Translations under genes and position numbers: made by a program
Shown: in pieces, positions 1 to 11,702 of the stretch
How the letters are laid out: every line of letters starts with the position of its first letter
Numbering within the stretch: the first letter of the stretch is position 1
DNA from: Spirochaetaceae bacterium
GTDB taxonomy: Bacteria; Spirochaetota; Spirochaetia; DSM-27196; SKKC01
Direction: 5' to 3'
Length of the DNA: 64,000 bases
NCBI GenBank assembly: GCA_007128315.1
Contig: SKXQ01000054.1
Coordinates: forward strand, 14,377-78,376
The notes under the pieces: model-generated
What the model was told of the DNA's origin: nothing
The model's input: only the letters and a program-made list of their open reading frames with translations
Databases searched by the model: none

Positions 1-472
1 GTATCCATACATACGCGAGAATCAGAAGAAAGGCGACCGTAGTGAGCCAGAACGCCTGCTGGGCGAGCGTCGCGGAGAACTGCGGTCCGACCAGGGCCGA
101 TTCTTCTTCAATAATCGCGTTCGATCCGAATCGTTCCCGAAGCACGTCGAGAAGATCGTTCTGTATCGTCGCGGTGAAGTCCTCGTCAGTACCATCGTCG
201 ATCACACGGATACTGAAGCGTTGCTCGCCGTCAGTTCCGACCGACTGCACGGCGACCCCGTCGATTCCGCTCAGTGCCGATCGCACATCCTGGAGTGTGG
301 CCGAGGAAACGGTTGGATCAATCGCGACCTGCTGCCGGAGCCCTGCCTGAAAATCCACGCCGAGATTAAAACCGCCCTGAGCGACCGTGCCGGCGATACC
401 GGCGACAATCACGAGCGACGACACGATCAGAAAGATGAACCGTGCCTTCAGAAAATCGATTGTTCGAGTCAT
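1..472 (-). CDS. secF: Protein translocase subunit SecF (5' part; runs off the window start)
   Basis: My translation from ATG at 472, which overlaps the secD stop (ATGA): MTRTIDFLKARFIFLIVSSLVIVAGIAGTVAQGGFNLGVDFQAGL. This shows the SecF N-terminal TM and LGxDFxG-like motif; it lies directly after secD. Confidence 0.93.
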   Translation of the reverse strand, partial: MTRTIDFLKARFIFLIVSSLVIVAGIAGTVAQGGFNLGVDFQAGLRQQVAIDPTVSSATLQDVRSALSGIDGVAVQSVGTDGEQRFSIRVIDDGTDEDFTATIQNDLLDVLRERFGSNAIIEEESALVGPQFSATLAQQAFWLTTVAFLLILAYVWI

Positions 473-2202
473 TTGATACCCCATCCGATGCTCAGCTTTG
501 ACCGACCGAGAACATCCGTTGCAAAATCATACGCAAGCCTCGAAACGAACAGTGCCGTGAACATTGAGCTGACAATACCGACGGCCAGTGTGACGGCAAA
601 ACCCTGTATGGGTCCCGTGCCAAGCTGACTCAGGAAAATTGCCGCGATAAAGGTCGTCACGTTCGCGTCGAGAACGGAAGACAGGGCTTTTCCGAAACCC
701 GCTGCCACGCTCGCCTTGGCGCTCTTACCGAGCCGGTATTCCTCTTTAATCCGTTCAAACACGATAACGTTGGCGTCGACCGCCATACCGACCGTCAGGA
801 TGATACCTGCAATGCTGGTCAGCGTAAGCGTCAGGTTGAAGACCGACAGTATTGCAGTGATGAAAAACAGATTCAGGAGCAGAATCAGATCCGCGAGAAG
901 TCCTGCACCCTTGTAATACAGGGCCATGAAAAGCACAACCAGGCTGAATCCGAGAATGATAGCCTGCAATCCTGACTGAATAGCGTCCTCGCCGAGGGAC
1001 GCCCCGACGACCTGCTGATTCTGAACACGCAGGTCTATGGGAAGCGCTGCGGTACGGAGTACCCGGGCCAGATCGTTCGCCTCGTCAAAATTGAATCCGC
1101 CGTCAATGCGGACCTGTCCGGTCGGTATTTCTTCGCGGATATTTGCGTAGGCTCTCACGTTCCGGTCCATGACAATGGCCATGGAGTTACCGACGTTGTC
1201 GCGTGTCAGCCGGCGAAAGAGGTTTGCGCCCTGACCGTCAAGGACGAAATTTACAACGGGTTGCTGCGTGATCTGATCACGACCAACCTGCGCCTCGGAA
1301 ATGTAGGCACCATCAAGTCCGAATTCTTCCAGATCCTCGTAGATCGCGATGTATCGCACGAACTGGTCAAGCCCGTACTGATCGCGCTGGACGTACGGGC
1401 GCACGACCGTTCCGGCGGGAATAAAGTCCGGAAGCGCGTCCCGCTCCGGATTCCAGCCCGGATTCTGACGCTGCCAGGCTATGAGTTCGTCGGTGGCATC
1501 GTCGTTGACAATGTGAAAGTTGAGGGAGCCCCGCCCCTGCAGGAAGGACTCTACCCTTCCGCGGTCATCATCGCCGGGGATCTCGATATTAATGAGGTTT
1601 CCTTCCTGGCGCCGGATCTGCGGTTCGGTAACACCGAACTGGTCGATGCGGTTCCGGAGTATCTCGATTGCAAGGTCGACCGCATCGTCAAGCTCGTCGT
1701 CGGTCGGCGTACGCCCGAGTCGCTCTGCGAGACTATCAGAATCGGCACTCAGCGTCACGCTGACGCCACCCGAAAGATCAAGACCGAGCTCGATGATCCT
1801 GTTTCGCATCGATCTGAGACGCTGTACGTAGTCCCGATGGTACGATTCGATCGCCTCGAACGCACGCGCCTCGGAGGTGAAGCTCGCAAGAGCTTCCCGT
1901 GCGGTCCAGCGATCTGGCTGGTCCACCCCCAGAGCGCGCCTGTTCGCCCGGGCAAGCTCGATGACATACTCGTACTGCGGGGGAACATCGGCGTCCGCGT
2001 CCGACCGGACCGCTTCCGCGAGACCCTGCAGTGCCGCACGGGCATTACCCTGTGCATACTGCTGTATCTCTATGCGACTGCTTGCAGCGAGCGTCTGCTC
2101 TTCATCGGACAGAACAAAGTACCACCGGATGGTCGGAGACAAAAAAACTCCGCCAACAACGACGAAGAAGAGAACAATCAAAAATCTAAATCGCTTACTC
2201 AT
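469..2202 (-). CDS. secD: Protein translocase subunit SecD
   Basis: LGLDLSGG, RIDQFGVTEP, VGASLG, GMAVDANVIVFERIKEE and GPIQGFAVTL motifs; yajC-secD-secF order. Confidence 0.97.
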   Translation of the reverse strand: MSKRFRFLIVLFFVVVGGVFLSPTIRWYFVLSDEEQTLAASSRIEIQQYAQGNARAALQGLAEAVRSDADADVPPQYEYVIELARANRRALGVDQPDRWTAREALASFTSEARAFEAIESYHRDYVQRLRSMRNRIIELGLDLSGGVSVTLSADSDSLAERLGRTPTDDELDDAVDLAIEILRNRIDQFGVTEPQIRRQEGNLINIEIPGDDDRGRVESFLQGRGSLNFHIVNDDATDELIAWQRQNPGWNPERDALPDFIPAGTVVRPYVQRDQYGLDQFVRYIAIYEDLEEFGLDGAYISEAQVGRDQITQQPVVNFVLDGQGANLFRRLTRDNVGNSMAIVMDRNVRAYANIREEIPTGQVRIDGGFNFDEANDLARVLRTAALPIDLRVQNQQVVGASLGEDAIQSGLQAIILGFSLVVLFMALYYKGAGLLADLILLLNLFFITAILSVFNLTLTLTSIAGIILTVGMAVDANVIVFERIKEEYRLGKSAKASVAAGFGKALSSVLDANVTTFIAAIFLSQLGTGPIQGFAVTLAVGIVSSMFTALFVSRLAYDFATDVLGRSKLSIGWGIK

Positions 2203-2297
2203 ACCTAGGTCACTCCAGACGAGCGTGAGGAATCAAACAGTTACCGACGGCACCGTGCGGGGCTTTGTCAGAAAACCTGGGGGGAACGGGTTCCCGA

Positions 2298-2687
2298 TCA
2301 GGCCTCTGAATCGTCTTCCTGAGGATCCGTTTCTGCGTCTTTTTCTTTCGACGCTTTAATCTTGGGCTTCTTCTCTAGCAGGGAACTGACCGCCGAGCGG
2401 GAAAGCTCGAGCTTGGTCGTGTCATCTACTTTCACGACAACAGTATCATCCTTGATGCTGAGTATCGTACCGCGAATACCACCAATGGTAGTAATTCGAT
2501 CTCCCTTCTTCAGCGCGTCGAGCATTTTCTGCTGCTCTTTCTGCCGCTTGTTCTGCGGACGAATGATCAGCAGATACATGATCAGAAAAACGAGTCCGAA
2601 GGTTACAAGGGTGAACATGAGCTGCCCACCACCGGCTCCTGCAGGGGCTGCCTGCAACACCGGTAAACGTTGCCACATTAATTCCAT
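2298..2687 (-). CDS. yajC: Preprotein translocase subunit YajC
   Basis: MYLLIIRPQNKRQKE...LKKGDRITTIGGIRG signature; upstream of secD. Confidence 0.96.
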   Translation of the reverse strand: MELMWQRLPVLQAAPAGAGGGQLMFTLVTFGLVFLIMYLLIIRPQNKRQKEQQKMLDALKKGDRITTIGGIRGTILSIKDDTVVVKVDDTTKLELSRSAVSSLLEKKPKIKASKEKDAETDPQEDDSEA

Positions 2688-2721
2688 AGGTGATTATCCT
2701 TGATTGGCCAAGATTTTAGAC

Positions 2722-2751
2722 ACGCTACCATAACGCCTTTTCAGGCGTCAA
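2722..2751 (-). promoter_or_regulatory. Putative sigma70 promoter of yajC-secDF
   Basis: Minus strand TTGACG-N18-TAGCGT upstream of the yajC RBS (AAGGA). Confidence 0.45.
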
Positions 2752-2762
2752 GTTACGAGACA

Positions 2763-3056
2763 TCAGACGAGCATGACCCTGTTTACATTATCGGGAACCG
2801 TTGTGACACCAAAAAGCCGTTTCAGCCGGTCGACGCTGACCGGACCGAGGCCCGACACAGCTCCGAAACGTTCGCTGAACACCTGCAGTTCCGCTTCGTC
2901 TCCGCTGTATAAAGCAGAACAGAAAGCTGCTCGATGTAAACCTTCCCTGAACAGCTCATCGGTACCGAGACTGCCGTACTGCTTTCGGGCGGTACGATCA
3001 ACCATGGCGGTGCTGCCCTGATACCCGATGGTGAACACAAAATCTTCTCGCTTCAT
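2763..3056 (-). CDS. Small hypothetical protein (97 aa)
   Basis: Fills the gap between the groEL terminator and yajC in the same orientation. ATG start with an AGGTG SD-like element; protein-like composition; no motif recognised. Confidence 0.7.
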   Translation of the reverse strand: MKREDFVFTIGYQGSTAMVDRTARKQYGSLGTDELFREGLHRAAFCSALYSGDEAELQVFSERFGAVSGLGPVSVDRLKRLFGVTTVPDNVNRVMLV

Positions 3057-3107
3057 ATCGCACCTGTATAATCGCAGGATACGAGCTCAGTGTCGACCTG
3101 CGATCCG

Positions 3108-3145
3108 AAAAAAACGACGCCCGGCGTGTTGCCGGGCGCGTCGCA
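3108..3145 (-). terminator. Intrinsic terminator of groEL
   Basis: Minus strand GACGCGCCCGGC-AACAC-GCCGGGCGTCG followed by T7. A second hairpin (CCCGTCGTC-ACAC-GGCGACGGG, about 3149-3170) precedes it. Confidence 0.85.
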
Positions 3146-3200
3146 TGCCCCGTCGCCGTGTGACGACGGGTTTATACATCTATCGGTACACGGACGTTTC

Positions 3201-4938
<1,738 letters not shown>

Positions 4939-4942
4939 GTGT

Positions 4943-4971
4943 AAAATACACGGAAACGCGTTGAGAATCAA
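4943..4971 (-). promoter_or_regulatory. Putative sigma70 promoter of groEL
   Basis: Minus strand TTGATT-N17-TATTTT, immediately upstream of the hairpin. Confidence 0.6.
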
Positions 4972-4993
4972 CACGAATTTACAAAGGTGATGA

Positions 4994-6106
4994 TCAAAGT
5001 AGTTCGGACGATTCAGCGGGGAGATACACGGTAAAGGTCGTACCTGTACCGGGAACGGTTTCGACGTTTATGGTACCCGCGTTCCGCTCGACGTATTCGG
5101 CCACAAGCACAAGCCCGAGCCCGGTACCGATCTCCCCCCCCGTGCCCTTGCGCTGAACCTTGCGATCGGACCGAAAGAGGTAGGGCAGGTCCTCGTCAGA
5201 TACCCCGACTCCGGTATCCTCGACCGCGACGCACACGCCGTCGCCTTCACGGTGGGAGGACACCGACACGGCACCACCCGGCGGCGTGAACTTTACCGCG
5301 TTGTTGATCAGATTACGAAACGCGCTCGAGATCATGTTCGCGTCCGCATGAGCAACGTGTGAGGGATGGACATTACAGGTGAGCGCCACGCCTTTCTCCC
5401 CGGCAGCGGAGCTGAACAGATCGATGGCCATTTCAACCACGCTGCGCAGATGCACCGGGGCGGGACGAGGCATCAGAAGCTGTTGCTGCAGCATGGCCCA
5501 CTGCAGGAGGTTTTCGAGAAGGGCGACGCCGCGACCGGCGCTGCGATGCAGTTCGGAAGCAATTTTCCTGAGTGTTTCGATTTCGAGGTCTTCGGCGTTT
5601 TCTTCGAGCAGGCGCGAGGCGCCGAGAAAGCCGGTGAACGGCCCACGAAGATCGTGTGCGATTATGGAGAAAAACCGGTCCTTCGTCGCGTTCAGCTCTG
5701 CAAGCATTTCGCGCTGTTTCTTGATCGTGAGGTGTGCTTCGACCCGCGCGAGAACCTCATCCTGCTGGAAGGGCTTGGTAATATAGTCAACGCCTCCGGC
5801 TCTGAACCCCTCGATCTTGTCCCCGGTGGACGCAAGTGCGCTGATGAAAATCACCGGCACATCCCGGGTTACCGGGTTTTCCTTGAGTCGGCGGCAGATT
5901 TCAAACCCGCTTATGTCGGGAAGCATCACGTCGAGAAGGATAAGATCGGGCGGCTCGTCTTCGACCAGAGGAATAACGGCGTTTCCGTCCTGCGCAACGA
6001 GAACACGATAGCCCTTCCGATCGAGGTGATTGTAGAGCACCCCGAGATTCGCCGAATTATCGTCGACGATTAGCAGCCGCGACGATGCGCGATCTTCACG
6101 ATTCAT
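4994..6106 (-). CDS. Hybrid response regulator / sensor histidine kinase (REC-HisKA-HATPase)
   Basis: LIVDD...LLDVMLP...YITKPF receiver; IIAHDLRGP H-box; NLINNAVKFT, DTGVG and GTGLGL boxes. GGAGG before ATG 6106. Confidence 0.93.
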   Translation of the reverse strand: MNREDRASSRLLIVDDNSANLGVLYNHLDRKGYRVLVAQDGNAVIPLVEDEPPDLILLDVMLPDISGFEICRRLKENPVTRDVPVIFISALASTGDKIEGFRAGGVDYITKPFQQDEVLARVEAHLTIKKQREMLAELNATKDRFFSIIAHDLRGPFTGFLGASRLLEENAEDLEIETLRKIASELHRSAGRGVALLENLLQWAMLQQQLLMPRPAPVHLRSVVEMAIDLFSSAAGEKGVALTCNVHPSHVAHADANMISSAFRNLINNAVKFTPPGGAVSVSSHREGDGVCVAVEDTGVGVSDEDLPYLFRSDRKVQRKGTGGEIGTGLGLVLVAEYVERNAGTINVETVPGTGTTFTVYLPAESSELL

Positions 6107-9100
6107 CTGATTCCTCCGGCAGCCGCTCATCGATTTCCTTCAGCTTGAATCCGCGGGCGAGGCTCGTCAATGTCGCGCAATACGGCGCATACATCGGTTT
6201 CGACGCGGCAAGCGCTTCGCATGCGCCGATTACCTCGCGAATATCGCCGCGCCGAAGCGCTCGTGCAATGTCGGAGACCTCGTCCGGGCGTGGTACCGGG
6301 TCAGGTCCGGATCGATCAGGTTCACTCAAATCATGTTCCGTGTCGTAGACGTATACAATGCCGAGTGTTTCGGCGATCAGTCGCAGAACACTGCCCTTAT
6401 CGAGGGGATGATCGAAAAAACCGGAGAAACCAACGCGACGACACTCATAGCGCAGCTGTGAAGAAACGCTGCCGGAGCTGGCGATGACCGGAATGTCTTT
6501 CAGCAGGTCATTCTCCTGCAGCGACAGGTACGCTTCAAACCCGTCGCCTCCCGGCATGACAACATCAATAATAATGAGGTCGGGACGACGGTCCTGCGCA
6601 CACGCCGCGAGGTCGCCGCTGTCCGTTGCCTCGTCAACCGTGAAACCGAGGGGAACGAGAAGATCCGTCAACAGTCTCCGGTTCGCCTCGAGGTGATCCA
6701 CGACGAGAATGTGCTTCGCATCTCCGATGTAGCCGGTAACATGATCAAACGACAGCCCGCGTTCGTCTCCGATGCTTTTTCCGGACTGTGGTTCCGTCTG
6801 CTCCTCATGCGCTCCCGGGAACGCCCGAAGCGGAAAGGTAACGTAAAACGTTGTTCCGCTGCCAACCGTGCTCCGGACCGACACGGTCCCGCCGAGAAAA
6901 TCCACCAGGCGTTTCACGATGGCCAGCCCCAGTCCTGTGCCTTCGCCGTCAATCCGTGGTTTTTCGCCTTGAATGAACGGTGAAAAAACCTCCTCGAGTT
7001 CGTGCTCAGGAATACCAACGCCGGTATCCGTCACCGAGAACGCGATTCTCTGCCCGTCAGCGGATTTCTGGGCCGCAACCCGGACCATGCCGGAAGGGGT
7101 AAATTTTACCGCGTTGGAGACGAGATTCGTGAGAATCTGCTGCAGTTTCTTTTCATCGATAACGATGAGTTGTGGAAGATCAGGGTCGAGAACCTGCTCG
7201 AGCCGCAGCCCCTTCTGTTGCGCCTGCACCCTGACCATGGCCGTGAGCTCGGAAAGCAGACTGTCAACATCGACCGCCGTGTCGTGAAGCTCGATACGAT
7301 CAGCCTCTATGCGACTGAGATCGAGTACATCATTGAGCAGACCGAGCAGCCGATTGCCGCTTGTCTCTATGACACGGACCGCGTCCCGGTATTCAGGGGC
7401 AAGGTCCTCATCTCTCACCAGAAGTTGCGCGTATCCGAGTATCCCGTTGAGCGGTGTTCGCAGATCATGGCTCATGTTTGCAAGAAAGCGGCTTTTCGCC
7501 TGGTTCGCAGAGTCGGCATGAAATCGTGCCGTGACCAGATCCTCGTTGATAGATCTCAGCTCGTTGACACTTGCGGCTATGTGTTCTGAAGCGTCACGAA
7601 AATTATTAATGAGCACCTGCACTTCACGTATCCCCGTCCTCGGCCAGGAGACCGGATGTTCCGATTCGAGTATGCGAGCCGGCAGACCGCTGGTTGTCCT
7701 GCTGAGTAGCCCGAGGGATTTCACCATTGCCGTACCAAACACGCGCGAGAGCACGATCGTACCGAAGATCAGCGCAAACACCAGCGTAAGCGACTGTATG
7801 GAGAGCTCATTCAGAGACGTCTGGTATGGCGCAAGCGGCGCGGAAAGGACGAGGGTCCAGCCGGCGGCTTCGGAAAGGTTCCGCACCAGGAGGTAACTCG
7901 AACTGTGCCACCGCTGCACCGCGGCAACGTCACGGGCGTAGTCGGGTACGTGTACGAACATCGACTCGCCAATGTCCGTCATGGTCCCGTAGCGCATGTA
8001 ACCGAGTGGATCATTCGCTTCGGCATCGCGGTTCGTACTCACAATCACGAGGTCACCCGGACCGACGATTGCAGCATCCAGCCCCCAGGGTTCAACGATT
8101 CCCTCAAGCTGGCGCCTGATATTGTCAAGACGCAGGGTTCCGAAGACAGCGCCTTCGCGGGGCGAATCGCCTCCCCAGGGAACCGCTACGGAAAGACTCG
8201 GAATATCGTGGTACGCGTAGACGAGACTGGAGATGCCCAGACCCGTGGCATCGAAGGAGGCTGTTACGGCGTCCAGATCGTGTGCAGACAGCGCGCGGCC
8301 GTTTGAGTCGTCCACACCGGGATACATGGCCTGTATCCGGTGGCTGCTGTCGGCTATCCGCAAGCCGGTCACATCACTGAGCGCATCGCTTCCGAAGCGA
8401 ACAACCTGTGCAAGCGACTCCTGGCTGTGGGGGTGCTCGCTCCACGACCGGGCAACAGCCCCCAACGCACGCGATATCCCTTCGACACGATGATCGACCA
8501 TGAGCTCAACCGCGTTTCCTATGGACACAAGGCGGTCCTGCACCTCCTGTTCGGTGACCTGCAATGCCACTCGCGACTGAAGGGCAAATACCAGCAGAGA
8601 AGGTACAACGACAAAGCCCGTGATCGTATACAGGATCGCGTCCCTGATCGAAACCGAGGCCCGCTGCCTGCCCTGCATCGCGATATCGGAGGCTGATGGA
8701 AGCACCGCGATCACGACACCGGCAATCAGCGCATTGACGACGCCGTTGACGCCCTGCTTCAGCACGACGACCCACATGTTGGCCGGCGAAAGACGGAGAA
8801 GGACCCCGTATACGAGCAGGTTGGCGAGGAATCCGAGCGTGAGCCAGTACAGGGTATCGATCATGAGCACGTTGTCCCCGCGCCTGCGGAGCAGGAGGCC
8901 GACGAAAGCCACTTCAAGCGTAAAAACAAGGACCGCGTAGGGCTGGTTCCAGAGACCGCAGGTAGGGAGAGCGATGACTGCTGCCGCAATCGTGCCTGGA
9001 AGAAGGCCGAACAGATACACGATGATCAGCGCGGCTATGCTGCCGAAAATCAGGTCGACGTTGAAGAACAGTTCAACCGTCAGCAGATTCCCGAGAAGGC

Positions 9101-9188
9101 CGGCTCCGACGAGCAGGATATAGGTGAGAACTGACTGAATACGGCTGTTCCACGGGTATCGCTGGCCGGCAGCGGGCTGTGAGCTCAC
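6096..9188 (-). CDS. Membrane-bound hybrid sensor histidine kinase (multi-TM N-terminus, Cache-like sensor, HisKA-HATPase, C-terminal REC)
   Basis: About 6 N-terminal hydrophobic helices and an extracytoplasmic region; FLANMSHDLRTPLNG, NLVSNAVKFT, GTGLGL; then a receiver-like domain (IIIDVVMP). Confidence 0.92.
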   Translation of the reverse strand: MSSQPAAGQRYPWNSRIQSVLTYILLVGAGLLGNLLTVELFFNVDLIFGSIAALIIVYLFGLLPGTIAAAVIALPTCGLWNQPYAVLVFTLEVAFVGLLLRRRGDNVLMIDTLYWLTLGFLANLLVYGVLLRLSPANMWVVVLKQGVNGVVNALIAGVVIAVLPSASDIAMQGRQRASVSIRDAILYTITGFVVVPSLLVFALQSRVALQVTEQEVQDRLVSIGNAVELMVDHRVEGISRALGAVARSWSEHPHSQESLAQVVRFGSDALSDVTGLRIADSSHRIQAMYPGVDDSNGRALSAHDLDAVTASFDATGLGISSLVYAYHDIPSLSVAVPWGGDSPREGAVFGTLRLDNIRRQLEGIVEPWGLDAAIVGPGDLVIVSTNRDAEANDPLGYMRYGTMTDIGESMFVHVPDYARDVAAVQRWHSSSYLLVRNLSEAAGWTLVLSAPLAPYQTSLNELSIQSLTLVFALIFGTIVLSRVFGTAMVKSLGLLSRTTSGLPARILESEHPVSWPRTGIREVQVLINNFRDASEHIAASVNELRSINEDLVTARFHADSANQAKSRFLANMSHDLRTPLNGILGYAQLLVRDEDLAPEYRDAVRVIETSGNRLLGLLNDVLDLSRIEADRIELHDTAVDVDSLLSELTAMVRVQAQQKGLRLEQVLDPDLPQLIVIDEKKLQQILTNLVSNAVKFTPSGMVRVAAQKSADGQRIAFSVTDTGVGIPEHELEEVFSPFIQGEKPRIDGEGTGLGLAIVKRLVDFLGGTVSVRSTVGSGTTFYVTFPLRAFPGAHEEQTEPQSGKSIGDERGLSFDHVTGYIGDAKHILVVDHLEANRRLLTDLLVPLGFTVDEATDSGDLAACAQDRRPDLIIIDVVMPGGDGFEAYLSLQENDLLKDIPVIASSGSVSSQLRYECRRVGFSGFFDHPLDKGSVLRLIAETLGIVYVYDTEHDLSEPDRSGPDPVPRPDEVSDIARALRRGDIREVIGACEALAASKPMYAPYCATLTSLARGFKLKEIDERLPEESDES

Positions 9189-9246
9189 GTACGGGAATAT
9201 AACGCCCGAACGCGCACACAGGAAACCCGGAACAGTGGCTTTTTAC

Positions 9247-10017
9247 TCAGAACGGGACCCCTTCGAGGCGCCCTGCGTACACGCTCCCCCTGCCCGATTC
9301 CGTCTCCACGATGAGCCCTCCAACGGCGTCGACGCCACAGACCCGCACTTCCACGGGCAGGGCATCCGGCATCCGGAACATGAAGCGCTTCCCCGCTCCG
9401 TAAAGGCATGAGTTCAGCTCCTCGTGAACCCGCGCGGTCTCCTGATCGACGTAGCGCGCTATCTGCTCAAGCAGCAGTTTCAGTTCCGACTCATAGCTGC
9501 CGATCTCCACCGCGCGGGCTTCACGGAGGCTGACGGAGGCATAACCGGACGGCGATCCGTACACGTTAACACCGACTCCGGCGTGCATAAGTCCCCCGCG
9601 CCATTCGCACAGAACTCCGGCGAGTTTGCGGGTATCCACCATTACATCGTTCGGCCATTTTATGGTTGCCGGAACACCGCGGGACGCCGCATACGCGCGA
9701 ACGGCCAGTCCGAACCTGATCGATGCGAAAGGCCAGTCAGCGGGACGGTCGATGACAACGGTCATGAGAACGGCTGCGTCCTCATCGCTCTCCCACTGTC
9801 GTCCATGGGTGCCCCGTCCCGCGTGCTGTCTTCCAGCAGCTGCCACCAGACCGTGCACCGAAGCGGTGGCACCAGACCGAAGAAAACGGCGGAGAAAGAC
9901 CGGATCGCTGGCCATATCCATGGTCGACGATACACGCGGTTGGTAGACGACCGGCGCGTCGGACAGGGGATTCCGTATCGAAAGAACTCTGGCTGCCTCG
10001 TAGGTATCGTCATTCAT
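9247..10017 (-). CDS. birA: Biotin-[acetyl-CoA-carboxylase] ligase (no N-terminal HTH)
   Basis: SSTMD, QHAGRGTHGRQW, IKWPNDVMV-RKLAGVL, GVGVNV. Exact start uncertain (10017 or 10044). Confidence 0.9.
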   Translation of the reverse strand: MNDDTYEAARVLSIRNPLSDAPVVYQPRVSSTMDMASDPVFLRRFLRSGATASVHGLVAAAGRQHAGRGTHGRQWESDEDAAVLMTVVIDRPADWPFASIRFGLAVRAYAASRGVPATIKWPNDVMVDTRKLAGVLCEWRGGLMHAGVGVNVYGSPSGYASVSLREARAVEIGSYESELKLLLEQIARYVDQETARVHEELNSCLYGAGKRFMFRMPDALPVEVRVCGVDAVGGLIVETESGRGSVYAGRLEGVPF

Positions 10018-10053
10018 GGTGGATGCATCACCCTTCGATGCCATAATCGGCAC

Positions 10054-10125
10054 TTGCAAAAAAACCGATTTCCTTGTAATTTTATACGATTATCTAAGCA
10101 TTTATGCGTGTTTCATGCAATGCAT
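10054..10125 (+). promoter_or_regulatory. arg operon promoter with overlapping ARG-box-like sites
   Basis: TTGCAA(10054)-N17-TAATTT(10077). Imperfect TGnATwwwwATnCA-type sites TGTAATTTTATACG (10075-10088) and TAAGCATTTATGCG (10095-10108), 20 bp apart, directly upstream of argR. Confidence 0.55.
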
Positions 10126-10147
10126 CCGACAGGCAGGCAGGTAGTCA

Positions 10148-10618
10148 GTGAGAGAGCGTACACTTCGACTCAAGGCAATTCGACGACTGATCAAGTCTCA
10201 TCGTATCGACAGCCAGGAACGGCTTCTGCAGCACCTCGGACACGACGGCTTCGTCGTCACTCAGGCTACCCTCTCGCGTGATCTGAAGCTTCTGAAGGTA
10301 AGCAAGGTATCGGAAGGCGCTGACGGCTACTACTACACGCTGCCAAGCGAGGAACAGGAGCGGGAAGCCCAGCAGAACTACATTCAGGACTTCGTTCGAG
10401 GTTATGTAAGCATGGATTTCAGTGCAAACCTGTGCGTAATTCGAACGCTCACCGGTCACGCGGACAGTCTTGCCCTGGCGCTTGACTCTCTCGGGATCGA
10501 GGAAATTCTCGGCACAGTAGCAGGGGATGATACGGTCCTGGTGGTGTTGCGCGAGACCGTCGGCGCTACGGGGCTGATCGACGCGCTGCGCCAGCACATC
10601 CCCGATTTCGAGGAGTAG
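10148..10618 (+). CDS. argR: Arginine repressor
   Basis: SQERLL...VTQATLSRDLK wHTH; ILGTVAGDDT arginine-binding motif. Confidence 0.97.
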   Translation: MRERTLRLKAIRRLIKSHRIDSQERLLQHLGHDGFVVTQATLSRDLKLLKVSKVSEGADGYYYTLPSEEQEREAQQNYIQDFVRGYVSMDFSANLCVIRTLTGHADSLALALDSLGIEEILGTVAGDDTVLVVLRETVGATGLIDALRQHIPDFEE

Positions 10619-10657
10619 CGAACACGCTTCGAACTCCCTTCACAAGGGTTATCAATC

Positions 10658-11701
10658 ATGAAAGCAGCAATTCTCGGTTCCAGTGGTTACGTCGGTCTCA
10701 TTCTCATGAGGCTGCTCGCGAAACATAGCGAGATCGAACAGATCATCCCGGTTTCCTCATCGAAGGCAGGGGTATCCGTAGACGATCACGACCCGGGTCT
10801 CGGGCGTGACGCCTTGCGCAAGACCGATATTACCGGCGGAAAACTTGCAACGCTCGAACGTGCGGCAGAACTCGAGCCGGACGTGGTCTTCGCGGCCCTG
10901 CCTCACCTGAAAAGTGCAGACCTCTGCGCACCCTTTTTCGGGCGGGCGGTGGTAATCGATCTGAGTGCCGATTTCAGGATCAGGGATGAAGTCGAGTTCG
11001 AAAAAGCCTACGGTGTCGCTCCCCCGAGACCGGATCTTCTCGCGAAAGCCTGCTTCGGGTTGACGGAGTGGAACCGGACAGCCCTTCGAACGGCGGAACT
11101 GATCGCGACCCCGGGCTGCTATCCGACGTGCACGAGCCTCCCGCTCATACCTCTGCTCGAGGCCGGCATAATCGAACCCGATATCTGGACGAATGCGATC
11201 AGCGGCCTCTCCGGAGCCGGCCGGTCGGCGAAGCAGAACATGCTCTACGTGGAACGCACAGAGAACATGAATGCCTACAGCCCGGGAACACAACACCGCC
11301 ACGTAAGCGAAATGAAGCAGATCTTCGCGGAGTTCGGTAAGACCGCGGGTACCGGAGTTTTTTTTATCCCTCATATTGTTCCGGTCCGACAAGGCATGTT
11401 CTGCGCGAGCAGGGTCATCCTCAAGGAGGGTCGAACTGCGGCTGACCTGCGTGACTGCCTGCATGAGCGCTATGGGGCGGAACGCTTCGTAAAGCTGCTC
11501 GATACGCGAATACCGGAAACGCGTCACGTCCGCGGGACAAACCGTTGCGACATCGGGTTTCACGCGGAGGACCGTTCAGTTGCTCTGTTCTCAAGCATCG
11601 ACAACCTGTTCAAAGGCGCTGCAGGGCAGGCAGTGCAGAACATGAACGTCCGATTCGGATTCGATGAAGCCTGTGGTCTGAGCGACGAGGGAGAATTCTG
11701 A
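10658..11701 (+). CDS. argC: N-acetyl-gamma-glutamyl-phosphate reductase
   Basis: GSSGYVG, FAALPH, IDLSADFR, ATPGCYPT, SGLSGAGR, IDNLFKGAAGQAVQNMN. Confidence 0.97.
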   Translation: MKAAILGSSGYVGLILMRLLAKHSEIEQIIPVSSSKAGVSVDDHDPGLGRDALRKTDITGGKLATLERAAELEPDVVFAALPHLKSADLCAPFFGRAVVIDLSADFRIRDEVEFEKAYGVAPPRPDLLAKACFGLTEWNRTALRTAELIATPGCYPTCTSLPLIPLLEAGIIEPDIWTNAISGLSGAGRSAKQNMLYVERTENMNAYSPGTQHRHVSEMKQIFAEFGKTAGTGVFFIPHIVPVRQGMFCASRVILKEGRTAADLRDCLHERYGAERFVKLLDTRIPETRHVRGTNRCDIGFHAEDRSVALFSSIDNLFKGAAGQAVQNMNVRFGFDEACGLSDEGEF

Positions 11702-11702
11702 G

